A stretch of DNA of 63,140 bases, the filler included, from Craspedostauros australis (Eukaryota), in assembly GCA_030167865.1 (NCBI GenBank). It is 11 parts of 11 records of this genome, joined end to end, with 100 filler letters (N's around TTAATTAATTAA, not from the genome) between each part and the next. Parts side by side here need not be neighbours in the genome. Positions count along the whole stretch, not along the records: positions 28,940 to 47,786 come from JALAGF010002429.1; 10 more parts are not named here. One strand, given 5' to 3'. A program made the translations under genes and the position numbers. Shown here piece by piece: positions 32,869-44,508 of this stretch. The notes under the pieces are model-generated. The model saw only the letters and a program-made list of their open reading frames with translations, was not told the DNA's origin and did no database searches. The stretch's first letter is position 1; every line of letters starts with the position of its first letter.

Positions 32869-35800
32869 ATGAGCAGCGCGGTGGACGCCAAGCTGATGCA
32901 CCTTGTGCGCAAGTTCGTCTCGTTCAGCGTCGACGCGTCTCCCAACGCCGATCACATCGTCCACTGCCTGCGCACGCAGCACCGCGAATACCAGCGCAAG
33001 GACCTCGTGCGGCTCAAGCGGCAGGTCCAGAAGGCGCTGAAGCGCATCTCCAAGGATGCCGCGGACGACTCTGCGCGATCCAAGAAACGGGCCGTGGAGG
33101 AGGCCAACGAAGCGCAGTACGACAAGAAGGCCCGCAAGCACGACATGGAGCGCAGCATGCTGCTCAATGACGGCTCCGCGCTCAACGCGGGATTGCGCAA
33201 TCGGTATCGCAAGATGCAGCATCAGCGCACGGAGGATGGGGTCAGCGCGGCCGGCAATGCGGGTGCCGCGTCGGAGGCTGGCGCGGCCGCTGTGGAGAGC
33301 AGCAACAACGGTGGCGATGGCACTGCGGGGCATGGTGGCAAGGAACGCAGCGGCAGCATGGCGGAATCGCAACGCATGGATGCGCAGAATCACAACGTGA
33401 AATTGAAGAAGCCGCCGCCCAATGGAAGATCGTCAGGGGCGGGAGCAGGAGAACCGGGAACGACGGCAGCACCGATTGTGCAAACGACATCATCCAGATC
33501 CGGATCGCGCAAGAGAAAATCAGCCTCCATGAAACGTTCCTCCTCATCCAACAACAACAGCAACAGCAACAACGGTGCATTCGATGGACTGGGCGACGAA
33601 AAGGGCAGTGCTCACGCTGTGCCGGTGCGTAGACCGACCGAACGCTACGCCGATCTTGGTGGTATGGATGAAACGTTGAAGCAGATCCAACAGCTCATCG
33701 AGTACCCGTTGGTGCGGCCCGAGGTGTACCGGTATCTCGGCGTCGATCCTCCTCGCGGTGTCCTGCTGCGTGGCCCGCCGGGTTGCGGAAAGACCCATCT
33801 CGCCAATGCTATTGCCGGTCAGCTCGGCGTCCCCTACTTTTGTGTCAGCGCACCGGAGCTCGTATCGGGCATGTCGGGCGAAAGCGAAGGTCGCATCCGC
33901 GATCTGTTCCAGGCAGCATCGGAGTCCGCACCCGCCCTCATTTTCATGGACGAGCTCGACGCCATCGCACCCAAGCGCGGCGACGGCAGGGGCATGGAAA
34001 AACGAATGGTCGCCCAGCTACTCACCTCCATGGATTCCATAGCTCCCAAATACAATCGCAACCACGCCTGCGTCATGGTCATCGGCGCCACGAATCGTCC
34101 CGACAGCATCGATGCGGCGCTGCGTCGGGCCGGGCGCTTCGATCGAGAAATCTTGCTCGGCGTGCCAGATGAAGAGGCGCGTCTGAATATCATCCAGACC
34201 ATGACGAAGGATATGAAGTTGGCAGGCGATTTTGATTACAAACTGCTGGCGCGCAAGACGCCTGGATTCGTCGGTGCGGATATTCGGAGTTTGACCAAGG
34301 AGGCAGCTGTCATTGCCATCAATCGCATCTTTGCGAACGTGCTGAAGGATCAGTCTCTCGCGAGCCTTCGGGCTTCCGGCAGTGCCAAGATGGATAGCAC
34401 CACTGGTGTCACTGGCGCCAACACTGCGAACGATACTGGCACAGGCAACAGCAACGATGCTGGCGACAGCAAAAACGATGACACCGCAGACAACGACAAG
34501 CCCAGCGAGGATTTGGCTGATAACAAAGCCAACAGCAGCGGCAACGATAACGACAACAAGGCAGAACCCAATGGCGCCAATGTTGAAACCAACGGAACCA
34601 AGGATTCCTCGACGATGATGGATGTTGACCCTCAAACTTCAGCACCGTTGCCGTTGCCGTCGCCGTCGCCAGTCATTGATGATATATCTTCGATAGTGCC
34701 ATTGACAGATGATCACATGAAGCCGTTGTTCATCGGAATGCCTGACTTCCTGGAGGCTCTCCCACACGTCCAGCCCTCGAGCAAACGCGAAGGTTTTGCG
34801 ACTGTACCAGACGTATCGTGGGATGATATCGGCGCGCTTGGTACTGTGCGTGAAGAGCTGGTGCTCAGCGTGTTGGAACCCATCCGCAATCCAGAAAAGT
34901 TCCAAGCGCTGGGCATCCCGCTTCCTGCTGGCGTCATGTTGTACGGTCCACCGGGATGCGGCAAGACCCTCCTGGCAAAGGCGATCGCCAACGAGAGCGG
35001 GGCCAACTTCATCAGCGTCAAGGGTCCGGAACTGCTGGATAAATACGTCGGCGAAAGCGAGCGATCAGTCCGCCTCGTCTTTGAGCGTGCTCGCAGCTCC
35101 AGTCCTTGCGTCGTCTTCTTCGACGAATTGGACTCGCTGTGTCCGCGACGTGGTAGCGACGGCGGAGGTGGCGGCGGTGTCAGCGAACGCGTCGTCAATC
35201 AGATGCTCACGGAGATGGACGGGCTAGATAGCCGGCGCAGCGTGTTTGTCATTGCCGCAACCAACCGTCCAGAGCTGATCGACCCTGCCATGGTCAGACC
35301 GTAAGTTCATTCTTGTTGTTGGATTTGGATTTGCACGACGCGCCCGCACCTCCAGTGTCCACGTGGATGTGTGCGTATGTGAATGCGTGATTGCAAATAC
35401 TTGATACAACGCAACTCGTGCTCACTCTTTGGTTGCATTTTCTTTGCTCTCGTTTTCAATCTCTTCCCCTCTTCGCTCCAACGCGTACTGGCATGCGCAG
35501 TGGACGACTGGACAAGCTTCTGTACGTGCCACTGCCAACTCCGAGCGACAGAGCGTCCATCCTCACTGCCCTGGCGAAGAATATCAGAATTTCCGACGAC
35601 ATCGACTTGGCGGCAATCGGTAGCAGTGCGCGTGCTGAGGGGTACAGCGGCGCAGACTGCGCGGCGTTGCTGCGGGAAGCCGGTCTGGCGGTCGTCAAGG
35701 AAGGCTTATCAGCAGATGGAGATGCTGGCGCGGGAGACGGTGACAAGTTTGACGTAGCATCGTTATGTATCAAGAAGCGCCACTTCCAATATGCCTTCAA

Positions 35801-36047
35801 GCATGTGATGCCATCAGTTTCCAAGAAGGATCAAGCCAGGTACGATCGCATCAGAGATAGAATGGCCAGAGCTAGAAGTCGGGGGAACGTGGATGCGGAA
35901 GACGACGATGTCACAACCACAGCATCGTCACCAGCAGCAGCATCAACATCAATATCAACATCAGCAGATGCATCCGAAACTCCACCTACAACGGATGTGA
36001 AAAAGGTGGGAGACAGCCCAAACAACAGTTCAAAACACTCCACGTGA
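32869..36047 (+). CDS. NVL: Nuclear VCP-like AAA+ ATPase (NVL2/Rix7, 60S biogenesis), join(32869..35300, 35501..36047)
   Basis: Two AAA modules (GPPGCGKT twice; FMDELD and FFDELD; GATNRPD and AATNRPE), N-terminal LRTQHREYQRK motif, QPSSKREGFATVPDVSW. GTAAGT/CAG intron restores DPAMVRP|GRLDKLLYV. Confidence 0.93.
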
Positions 36048-36330
36048 CGATGACGAGCCATACCAGGACGTACAAGCTGGTAGGACATGGACTGCTCGTA
36101 CGGGTGACAGAACAGAACAAAGCACGGCTGCATGTGAGGATGAAAACGACGGTGAATATAATTTAATAGATACTCAAGAGTTGGAAGATATGGCATGTGC
36201 CATTCGTTTGGGTTGGAGTAAATTTAATGCACCGCCGTGGTCTCGATGAAATGGAAATTTATTCTTGTGCGCACTCAATCGTCCTGTTCGTGCTTGATCG
36301 CGGGTGATGGCGGGCTGGCATGATCCTCTC

Positions 36331-37032
36331 TCACATGATGCCTTCGACTTGAACCACAACGAATTCCTCTGAGCACCAACGACTCGCCAACAATGGGCAC
36401 ACGAGCTTGATCGTGTTGGCCGAACCTCCTTTCTCGACGATGAAGCATTCGTTGCCGCGTGGGCGATCGTGAAGACCGACGATACGAGAGCTGGATGCGG
36501 CCCACGTTGTTCCATCAGTCCCAATGAAACGACGGTCGCGGATAGAGTAGAGCGCAATCGTTTTGGGCCCTGCTTGGACAACGAGAAAACGTTCGTACTC
36601 CCAACCGTGTGCCAGTTTTGCCATGACGGGCTTGCCTCCATAGTTCACCGAGCCGTTACAAAGGCGGAGATATTGGCCATTGGTCTGGTTGACGAGTGCA
36701 ATCACATTGCCTTGCACCAAGGCACCCGGGTTGGAAAACTTCCCAACGGACTCCAAGGAACATTTGTCGTGAGCCACAGCAAGGAGCACGCTGCGCATCA
36801 CGTACGAAGGGAGACGCGAGATGGCCTTGGGATAAACGAATCCCTCCACCGTTTCCGTCTCATCGTCATGGTGCAGGTCTAGCCCTTTGTCTTTCACATG
36901 TGTATGGAATGCGATGATGGCAGAATGGATGTCATATTGCTTCGTTTTGGAGTTTTCATCATCGGGCACCAGGGTAGCGTCCGGCAATGCTGCTTCGTGC
37001 TGTTCGTCTTTGTAGTCTTCGTTCTTCGCCAT
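36331..37032 (-). CDS. Hypothetical protein with C-terminal fascin-like (beta-trefoil) repeats
   Basis: Repeating units VIALVNQTNGQYLRL...WEYERFLVV, TIALYSIRDRRFIG...NECFIVE and TIKL...EEFVVV. Confidence 0.55.
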   Translation of the reverse strand: MAKNEDYKDEQHEAALPDATLVPDDENSKTKQYDIHSAIIAFHTHVKDKGLDLHHDDETETVEGFVYPKAISRLPSYVMRSVLLAVAHDKCSLESVGKFSNPGALVQGNVIALVNQTNGQYLRLCNGSVNYGGKPVMAKLAHGWEYERFLVVQAGPKTIALYSIRDRRFIGTDGTTWAASSSRIVGLHDRPRGNECFIVEKGGSANTIKLVCPLLASRWCSEEFVVVQVEGIM

Positions 37033-37484
37033 TGTTTCGGTGAGCAATCCTTGAGGTGTTGCCTTGTTGAGCTTTGCTGAACTATGAGTAGATTGTATGG
37101 TACCTATTCTATGATTGTATCAGCAGAGAAGCACCAGGGGCATCACGAAGGCTTCTCAGCATGGATTGATTTGATGAGAAAGGATTTGAGGATTTCTTGC
37201 GAAAAAGATCTACAGGTGTTCTGTGGAACTGGGCCCACATGAGATCTTGGGTGTCAAGGTGCGTGAAATTTCTGACCGTAGCAAAGGTACGAGTAGAATG
37301 AAAGTGGTGGCAATACTTACTTGCGGTGGTGCGGATGGTCCGCCCCGAGGGGCGATTCCGAAGATTCGCGAGAACTGGGTGTTGCCGTTGTCTTGTTGAG
37401 AAGCATCGTAATGTTGATGTGTGTAATCCTGTTGCTCTGCTTTTGGGGACCAACACCAACGCCAACACTTCACATCTCACAGCG

Positions 37485-38976
37485 TCACACAGCACTGTGA
37501 GTGTCATCACCAAAGATCTTCCGCGCTTGCTTGCGTGTGACTCTATGAATGCCATGCGTCGTGGAAAGGAGGATGGCCTCCATGGAGTTGAATCGTTGGC
37601 CTTCACGATCATCATCGTCGTCGTCGCCATCGCTGCTGTTGTTCTTGCGCTCCCGTTTGCGACCATCTCTGTTCTTGTTGTGGCCTTGCTTCGCATCTGG
37701 TTTTGGTTCATTCTCAGCCTCCTTCTCGTTGAGGTAGTCGATGACTTCCGTACCGACTTGTCGAAGAATATGTGACAGCGCCGCCGGATCACTCTCTTGC
37801 TGTTGCTGCTGTCTGGGACGTCGTCCAAATCGGAATCGCGGGTGCTTACGAAATGATTTCTCCAGCCTTGTCTTGAGCTGTGATTGATCCGCCAATGTTC
37901 CGCCCACCACCCATCGCAGCGTGACGCGGTGCGTTGGCAACGATTGCAGCACGAGGCTGTTCGAACGGATCGCCGTGTTGTCATGCTGGTTGGGATCAAT
38001 GACAGGTACGATCGCTCCCGAAGGATCTGTCTGATACAGATGGATGCACCCTTGCACAATCCCAGCGATGAGCATGGTGGAGCCAAATGGTCGGATGCCT
38101 GTGCAAGTCAAAGATTGCGAAGTAACATGGGATGGCACGGTGGTGTTCAACCAGTCATGGATTCATCAGTCATGGATTCATCAGTTGCGCGAGAAACAAA
38201 ACAAAACAAAATCACAAGAGATGAGCAAACACGTGCTGGATGGACTCACTTCAACGATAACATCACCAATACGAGCACCCTGAAGAAACCACAACGCGCG
38301 ACGTACCGCCACCAAAGGAATGCTGCTGTGACTTGTCAGCGATGCTGTGCGCAATCTGCAGCACTTCGTTGTTCGTCGTATGGCCGAAGGCTGCTATCGT
38401 CTGCCCCGAGGTTTGCAATCGGTTGATGCCACTGTTGGAACGCAATCGTTCCATGCGATCTTGCAGCGCAACCTGCACGAGCGCGAGATTGTCGGCCAGC
38501 ACGCCGCTCATGGCCATGACGATCTGCGTGCCCTGCGTATCGCGGTGCAACGTGGATGGATCCTCCAGGATGACCAACCGCTGTTGCGTGGATTGGACGT
38601 CGTGGCATGGGGACATGAGGATGAACGTCGTTTGCGTTGGACTTGATTGCGTGGCCTGATCCATCGATCCATCGTCTTCTGCAGCGTCATCATCGTCGCC
38701 ATTCCGCTGTTTCTGCTGCTGGTCGTCACGTGGATGATATTGATCCACCTGCAAGACAAGCAACGGAGACGAATGCTGCGCCGCCGACGATGCGTACTCC
38801 ACCTGCAGCAAGCGTCCATCCGGCGTGAACTGCGGCGTCGTGCGGTCGTAGTTGTACGCGTTGTATCGGTACTGATTGCCGGCTGCACCTCCCACCGACG
38901 AAGCCGACGATGGCTGCAGCGATTGGAGAGCCACGATGCCGCACACAAGAACGATGGTGGATGAGATCATTGTCAT
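37485..38976 (-). CDS. Divergent 20S proteasome alpha-type subunit with an N-terminal signal peptide (probable periplastid-compartment isoform), join(38976..38307, 38098..37485)
   Basis: Alpha-subunit signature YDRTTPQFTPDGRLLQVEYA, MSGVLAD, QHSFGGG|IRPFGSTMLIAG and LYQTDPSGA. GTACGT/CAG intron. Signal peptide MISSTIVLVCGIVALQSLQPSSA. Confidence 0.85.
38152..38185 (+). repeat. 15-nt tandem repeat (cagtcatggattcat)x2 inside the proteasome-gene intron
   Basis: Read directly from the sequence. Confidence 0.8.
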
Positions 38977-39982
38977 CTCCGGTTCGATCGGGTATGATAT
39001 GATATGATTAGATGCGAGTTGCCTGGGCTGCGATTACAGTGGTTGCGGGGGTTACAGCAAGTGTGCCAAGTGCAAATGGCTGATGGACATGCAATTCGTC
39101 TGGATCGTCTACGAGCGCCGATACGGTGCTGCTGTTCGTGTCGTTTTTGGCGCCATTGTCGACCTTGATCCCACAACCCGAAGAAACGTTTTGATCTTCC
39201 TGGATTTTGACAACACGATCTTGTTTTGCGATGTTTGTTTTCTTCTTTTTCCTTCTTTGTGCTTGTGTAATCGTGTGAGTCAAAAATGAGAAAAGAACAA
39301 CGACACGTTCACGTCTGTTAGTATGTCAGTCTTTCTCTATGTGCGAATCAACAGTTCCGTATTCACCGGCGTGTGATGTCATTGCCCCACACTTACTTAT
39401 GGTATTCTTCATCTACGACACGAATATGACATTGTTAGTCCTGGACGAAAAGGAGGCTATTGGCTCCATCTCAACTGGTGAGCATGTTGTCTCCCCAAGA
39501 AGACACATGCGGGATTCGCTTGCAGAACAGCCTCGAGTCACACCTATCCTCACAAGTTCAACGGTCGCGGTGCAGCATCACGCTGTTGACACCAGTACTG
39601 AATTGTACATACGTGGAAGAGCCAGCAACTCGCGAAATTGAAAACAACTCACCAAAATTCGAAACGCGGCGTTCTCTGCGCCGTCTCCGCCATGTTTGTG
39701 TTCGCGGATGTGCGACACAAGAACATCGCGACTGTTGACAACCGTAGCGATCTTATTGGACGCCGCGCAACTTCAAACCAAAAATGGCAGATGGGTGGGC
39801 GAAGCGACAACACCACCAAGAACACCCACGACAACCGACACCCACCAAGAAAGACAGACAGAACGACAAGATTGGATCTTGCAAGGTTGCATCTGTGGAC
39901 AAGACTCCGCACAAACCACGCCTGAACGCAGATCTGAATGCAAAGCCAAACATAAATCCAAACGCAGGAACTCAAACAGCAC

Positions 39983-40010
39983 AAACCAAACCAAACCAAA
40001 CCAAACCAAA
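39983..40010 (+). repeat. (AAACC)n microsatellite upstream of the acyl-CoA synthetase start
   Basis: aaaccaaaccaaaccaaaccaaaccaaa. Confidence 0.85.
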
Positions 40011-40051
40011 TCACAACGCACACACACAAACAAACAGTTTGAGAACCATCA

Positions 40052-42265
40052 ATGGACGACATCGTTGACAAAGTCCATAATCTTTGCGGAGGAGCAAGCA
40101 GCACAGCCACAGACAACAATACTAACGACAACACCAACGACAACAACAACGACAAAGACATCATGGCGCACGAAACAATAGTCGGACACATCCTCGAGAA
40201 CTGCGAGAAGTTCAAGGACCGCCGCTTCATCACGCAGCCCATGGGAGGCGACGATGTGCGCTACTACACCTACGGCGAGTACGAGACGGAGGCCCGCCGC
40301 ATGGCCTCCTACATCACCTCCCTCAACCTGGAGCCCAAGTCGCAGATCGCCATCATGTCCAAGAACTGCGCCTGGTGGATCATCGCCGATCTCGCCATCT
40401 GGCTGAGCGGCCACATCTCCGTTCCCATCTACCCGACCCTCACGGCAGAGACCACTCAGTACATCCTCGAGCATTCCGAATCCAAGCTCCTCTTCGTGGG
40501 CAAGCTCGATGATGGCCCGTGGACGGCCATGAAGGACGGCATCCCCAGCGACCTGCCCACCATCAGCTTCCCGCTGTGCCCCACCAAGGATTGCGCGCAG
40601 AAGACGTGGGAGGAGGTCGTCTCCGCCTCCGAACCCCTGCAGGACGATGTCAAGCGTCAAGCAGACGAGATGGCCACCATCATCTACACCTCCGGTTCCA
40701 CTGGAAAGTAAGTTCTGCCGTGTGCCTTTGCTTGGCGATGCGTTGGCCGGTGGAGCTGAATGCGTTCCATGTGTTTCCGCCATGAATGAGTTCGCATCTT
40801 GCCGAAATTGCGTAGTCACGACTTCGTATTCGGAAGATACAACAGCGATCATGACGGCGCAACGGAATACGTCATCGTGGCAACGCCCCCACCTGCAAAT
40901 GATTGAATGATGAATGAGTCAATCAGATGCTCTTTCGTCAAACACCAATTTCGAATGCACCATACTCACACTTGCAAACATTTACAAACACTTTACGAAC
41001 GTGCTTCTACTTTGCTCTACAATACTTGGGCTCAAAACTGATCTACTCCATTGTACTCCGACATACCCCAATATTTCACTTGATGCAATCACTTTCAATC
41101 CCAATCCCACTGACTCATTCCATCATGCAGACCGAAGGGTGTCATGACCAGCTTCAAGGGAATGCTCGCCCCCACCAAGGGCATCGTCAAGACCATCAAA
41201 GCCACAAGCAAGGATCGCTACCTTTCCTACCTCCCAATTTCGCACGGAATGGAGCGCTGGCTCGGGGAGTGCGTCATCGGTTACGTCGGCGGACAGGTCT
41301 TCTACGCCGAGTCCTTGAGCACTTTCGTGCAGGACCTCAACCGCGCACGCCCGACGCTCTTCATGTCCGTGCCACGCCTCTGGACCAAGTTCCAGGCCGG
41401 TGTCTTCACGAAGATGCCGCAGAAGAAGCTCAGCTTCCTCCTCAGCATCCCAATCGTCAGCATGCTCGTCAAGCGAAAGATCGTCAAGGGACTCGGTCTG
41501 GACTGCGTCAGATTTGCAGGATCCGGTTCCGCCCCGATCCCCAAGGAGCTCATCGAATGGTACCGCCGCCTGGGTTTGGAGCTCCTCGAGGGATACGGAA
41601 TGACCGAGAATTTCAACTATTCCCACGTCAGCCGTCCAGGACAGACCCGCGTCGGATACGTTGGGCACCCGTATGATGATGTGGAGCAACGCATCGCCTC
41701 GGACGGTGAGATCCAGGTCAAGACACCAGGAATGATGATGGGATACTTCAAGAACGAGGAGGCCACCAAGGAGACCATCACCGAGGACGGATGGGTCCGC
41801 ACCGGAGACAAGGGTGAGCTCGACGACAAGGGCCGTCTCAAGATCACCGGCCGAACGAAGGAGATCTTCAAGACCTCCAAGGGCAAGTACGTCGCCCCAG
41901 CACCGATCGAGAACATGTTCATCGCCAACGGCCTCGTCGAATTGGCCTGCGTCGGTGGACGTGCCCAGCCCCAGCCTCATGCTGTCATGCAGCTAGCTGA
42001 GCCCTACAAGCTGAAGGCCGACAGCGCCAAGGAGCGCGAGGACATGACCCCCAAGCTCGAGGCGCTCCTGAAGGAGGTGAATTCTTCCGTGGAGCCGCAC
42101 GAACGCCTGGACTACATCGCCATCGTGAAAGATGACTGGCTCCCAGAGAATGGCTTCCTCACGCCAACTCAGAAGATCAAGCGTTCCACCATCGAAGAGA
42201 ACTACAGCCCCAATGTGGAGGGCTGGCTCTCCGAGAAGAAGAAGGTCATCTGGTACGGATGGTAG
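40052..42265 (+). CDS. Long-chain acyl-CoA synthetase (AMP-binding), join(40052..40707, 41131..42265); alternative start at 40163
   Basis: Splicing the GTAAGT/CAG intron restores YTSGSTGK|PKGVM. Also SYLPISHGMER, EGYGMTE, GWVRTGDKG, ITGRTKEIFKTSKGKYVAP and LTPTQKIKR. Strong C/G third-position bias. Confidence 0.93.
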
Positions 42266-42993
42266 ATTGCCCACCTGAGGGTTCCGAATTCCGACAAACG
42301 AGAATCACAAGACGAAACGGAGAAAACCAATGCGTGAATGTACAGATTTTCCATGGTGTGTAGAGACCGTTGCGATGGAGCGCAACGTGCGAGTACGAGT
42401 AGGATGGTGCGTCTCCTCTTGCGCAAAATGATTGTGCAATGTCCTGCCCATCCGCATCGCAACAGAAGTAAAGTGAACAATATTAGTACGACAACGAACA
42501 AAGAAACAGCAAGGATTGTGCTCCTTGCCTTCCCCGTACTTGCACATGGTGGTCGCTGCGATCTATTACGCAAGCTTTGGCATGTTGCATTGCGCCGTGC
42601 ACACGAAGACGGACGAGAATGTGGGCCCTTGTTGCGAACGTGGGGATCAGGCGTGGATGGATTGCGTCGTGGACGAACACGGCTTGTGCCTTTGCGGTGG
42701 CGGAGCGCGTGGGAAGAGACAGGAGTGTCGTGTTGACCATTTTCGGTGCATGTAAAGATCCAAAAGAACATGCCAACAAGAGCGATTTTCTACTATACGT
42801 GGGATCTCAACATGGCGCTCATTTGCATCAGCATCCCCTCGCGTATCGAGACTTGGAGGTGCGGGCCCTTGTCTAGCTCGTGCGAGCACTATATTGAGTA
42901 TGAATCGACATACCCTCTATTGTTGGTGTTATCATGCGGGATACATACGATTAATGTTGGTATGTATGTCTATCAATTCTAGAGAACACGTAC

Positions 42994-44325
42994 TCAACTT
43001 TGCATGGGCGAGTCCAAGTCCTGATTCAACCGCACCGTGGCCGTGCATCCCTCCTGCAGCTCGAGGAACGGACCAGCGCTGTCGCTCCTCGTGACATGCC
43101 CATCATGGCTGTTGACCATCCCGGCAACATCCAGCATCCGGCCTTGCCCATCGCCGCGTTGCGCCAAGTCCACATCGCCGCCGAAGCACTGCATCATGAT
43201 CTTGGACAAGGACAGGCCGACGCCCAACCCTCGCAACGGTGAGCGCGTCATGGCGTACGTCGTCTGATCATCCAATCGATCCCATTTCTTGCTGCATTGC
43301 GCGAACGTGAAGAGCTCCTGGGGCGTCGTCGCCTTGGCGAATCCGCCACCTTGATCATGAATGTAAATCATCCAATCGCCGGTCGGACTGGGTTCGATGA
43401 CGATATGGATGGCACCACGCCCGCGCTCCACCGTGATGGCCATGCTATTCTTGAGCAATTCCACCAATACGTAATGCAACCACGGCCGCACCATATCGGC
43501 GTGCGGTTCGTGCGCAGTATCGCTGTAATGAATGTACACGCTGGGCGACGCCAGCAGATGCGCCTCGCACAGATGCGACGCCTCCGTCACGGCGTCTTCG
43601 GCCACCTCGACCAACGACGTCTGCAACGAGACGGCCGACTTGTTCTTGGTGAGATGGATGGCGACGTGATCGCCCAGCATCTGCACGATGAGACGGTTCT
43701 TGAGGAAGCGCTGCACGGTCCCGGCCAGCGCGTCGTGGCGCGGATGCGCGCGCAGACCGATGATGAGCTCGGCGACGGTCTCGATCGTGTTGGCGTGCCG
43801 CGCGACGATCTGTTTCATGGTGTTGTCGACGAGGCGGCGCAAGGGGTAGGGCAAGGTGGCGACGTGGGCGTTGTTGTGCGTGTACTTGACGAGCTGGCGA
43901 TCGACGTCCAAGCAGAGCTGATGGGTGTCGCGATGCAGGATCTGCAGATCGCGGATGCTCTTCTTGGCGGCATCATGCAACGACGGTTGCCACCAGTACG
44001 GCGTCAGGTAGGCCGACGTCGCGATCACCTTCTTCTGCTTCTGCTTGCGGTCCTGCACAATGTCCGACAGCGCATCGCAGACGCCCATCTGCTGCTGCAA
44101 GCGCAAGGCGATGTCCGTGACGAAGTCGTGCAGACCGAACAGATGCAATCCCTTGGGATCGAGCATGTCTCTGCGCGTCCAGGCCCGTATTTGGGTGCTT
44201 TGCGGCTGCGCAGCGTCGTTGTCCCACGCGTATTCTTCCTGCGGCAGCGAGGACAGGAACCTCGGTGGTCGTCGTCTCAGCAGTCGGCTGCCGGTGCTGA
44301 TTGCGACGTGACGATAACGAATCAT
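42994..44325 (-). CDS. Mitochondrial pyruvate dehydrogenase kinase / BCKDK-like GHKL protein kinase (divergent)
   Basis: Presequence MIRYRHVAISTGSRLLRRRPPRFLSS; N-box VLVELLKNSMA, G1 HDQGGG, G2 PLRGLGVGLSLSK, FGGDVDL and GCTA. Confidence 0.8.
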   Translation of the reverse strand: MIRYRHVAISTGSRLLRRRPPRFLSSLPQEEYAWDNDAAQPQSTQIRAWTRRDMLDPKGLHLFGLHDFVTDIALRLQQQMGVCDALSDIVQDRKQKQKKVIATSAYLTPYWWQPSLHDAAKKSIRDLQILHRDTHQLCLDVDRQLVKYTHNNAHVATLPYPLRRLVDNTMKQIVARHANTIETVAELIIGLRAHPRHDALAGTVQRFLKNRLIVQMLGDHVAIHLTKNKSAVSLQTSLVEVAEDAVTEASHLCEAHLLASPSVYIHYSDTAHEPHADMVRPWLHYVLVELLKNSMAITVERGRGAIHIVIEPSPTGDWMIYIHDQGGGFAKATTPQELFTFAQCSKKWDRLDDQTTYAMTRSPLRGLGVGLSLSKIMMQCFGGDVDLAQRGDGQGRMLDVAGMVNSHDGHVTRSDSAGPFLELQEGCTATVRLNQDLDSPMQS

Positions 44326-44508
44326 TGTTTGTAATGTTGTGTGTGTCCTCTGTTGGAATGTTTTAAAATGGGAAGCTTCTCGTTGCTCTGCTGAAAGGGA
44401 GGAAAAGATTGTGCACAAGAAGGCCAACACGCAAACACGCGAATGAGGTGGTGTTCGCAAACTGTTGCAGCAGAACAATCTCGCTATTTCTATTGTTTTA
44501 TCAACGCG

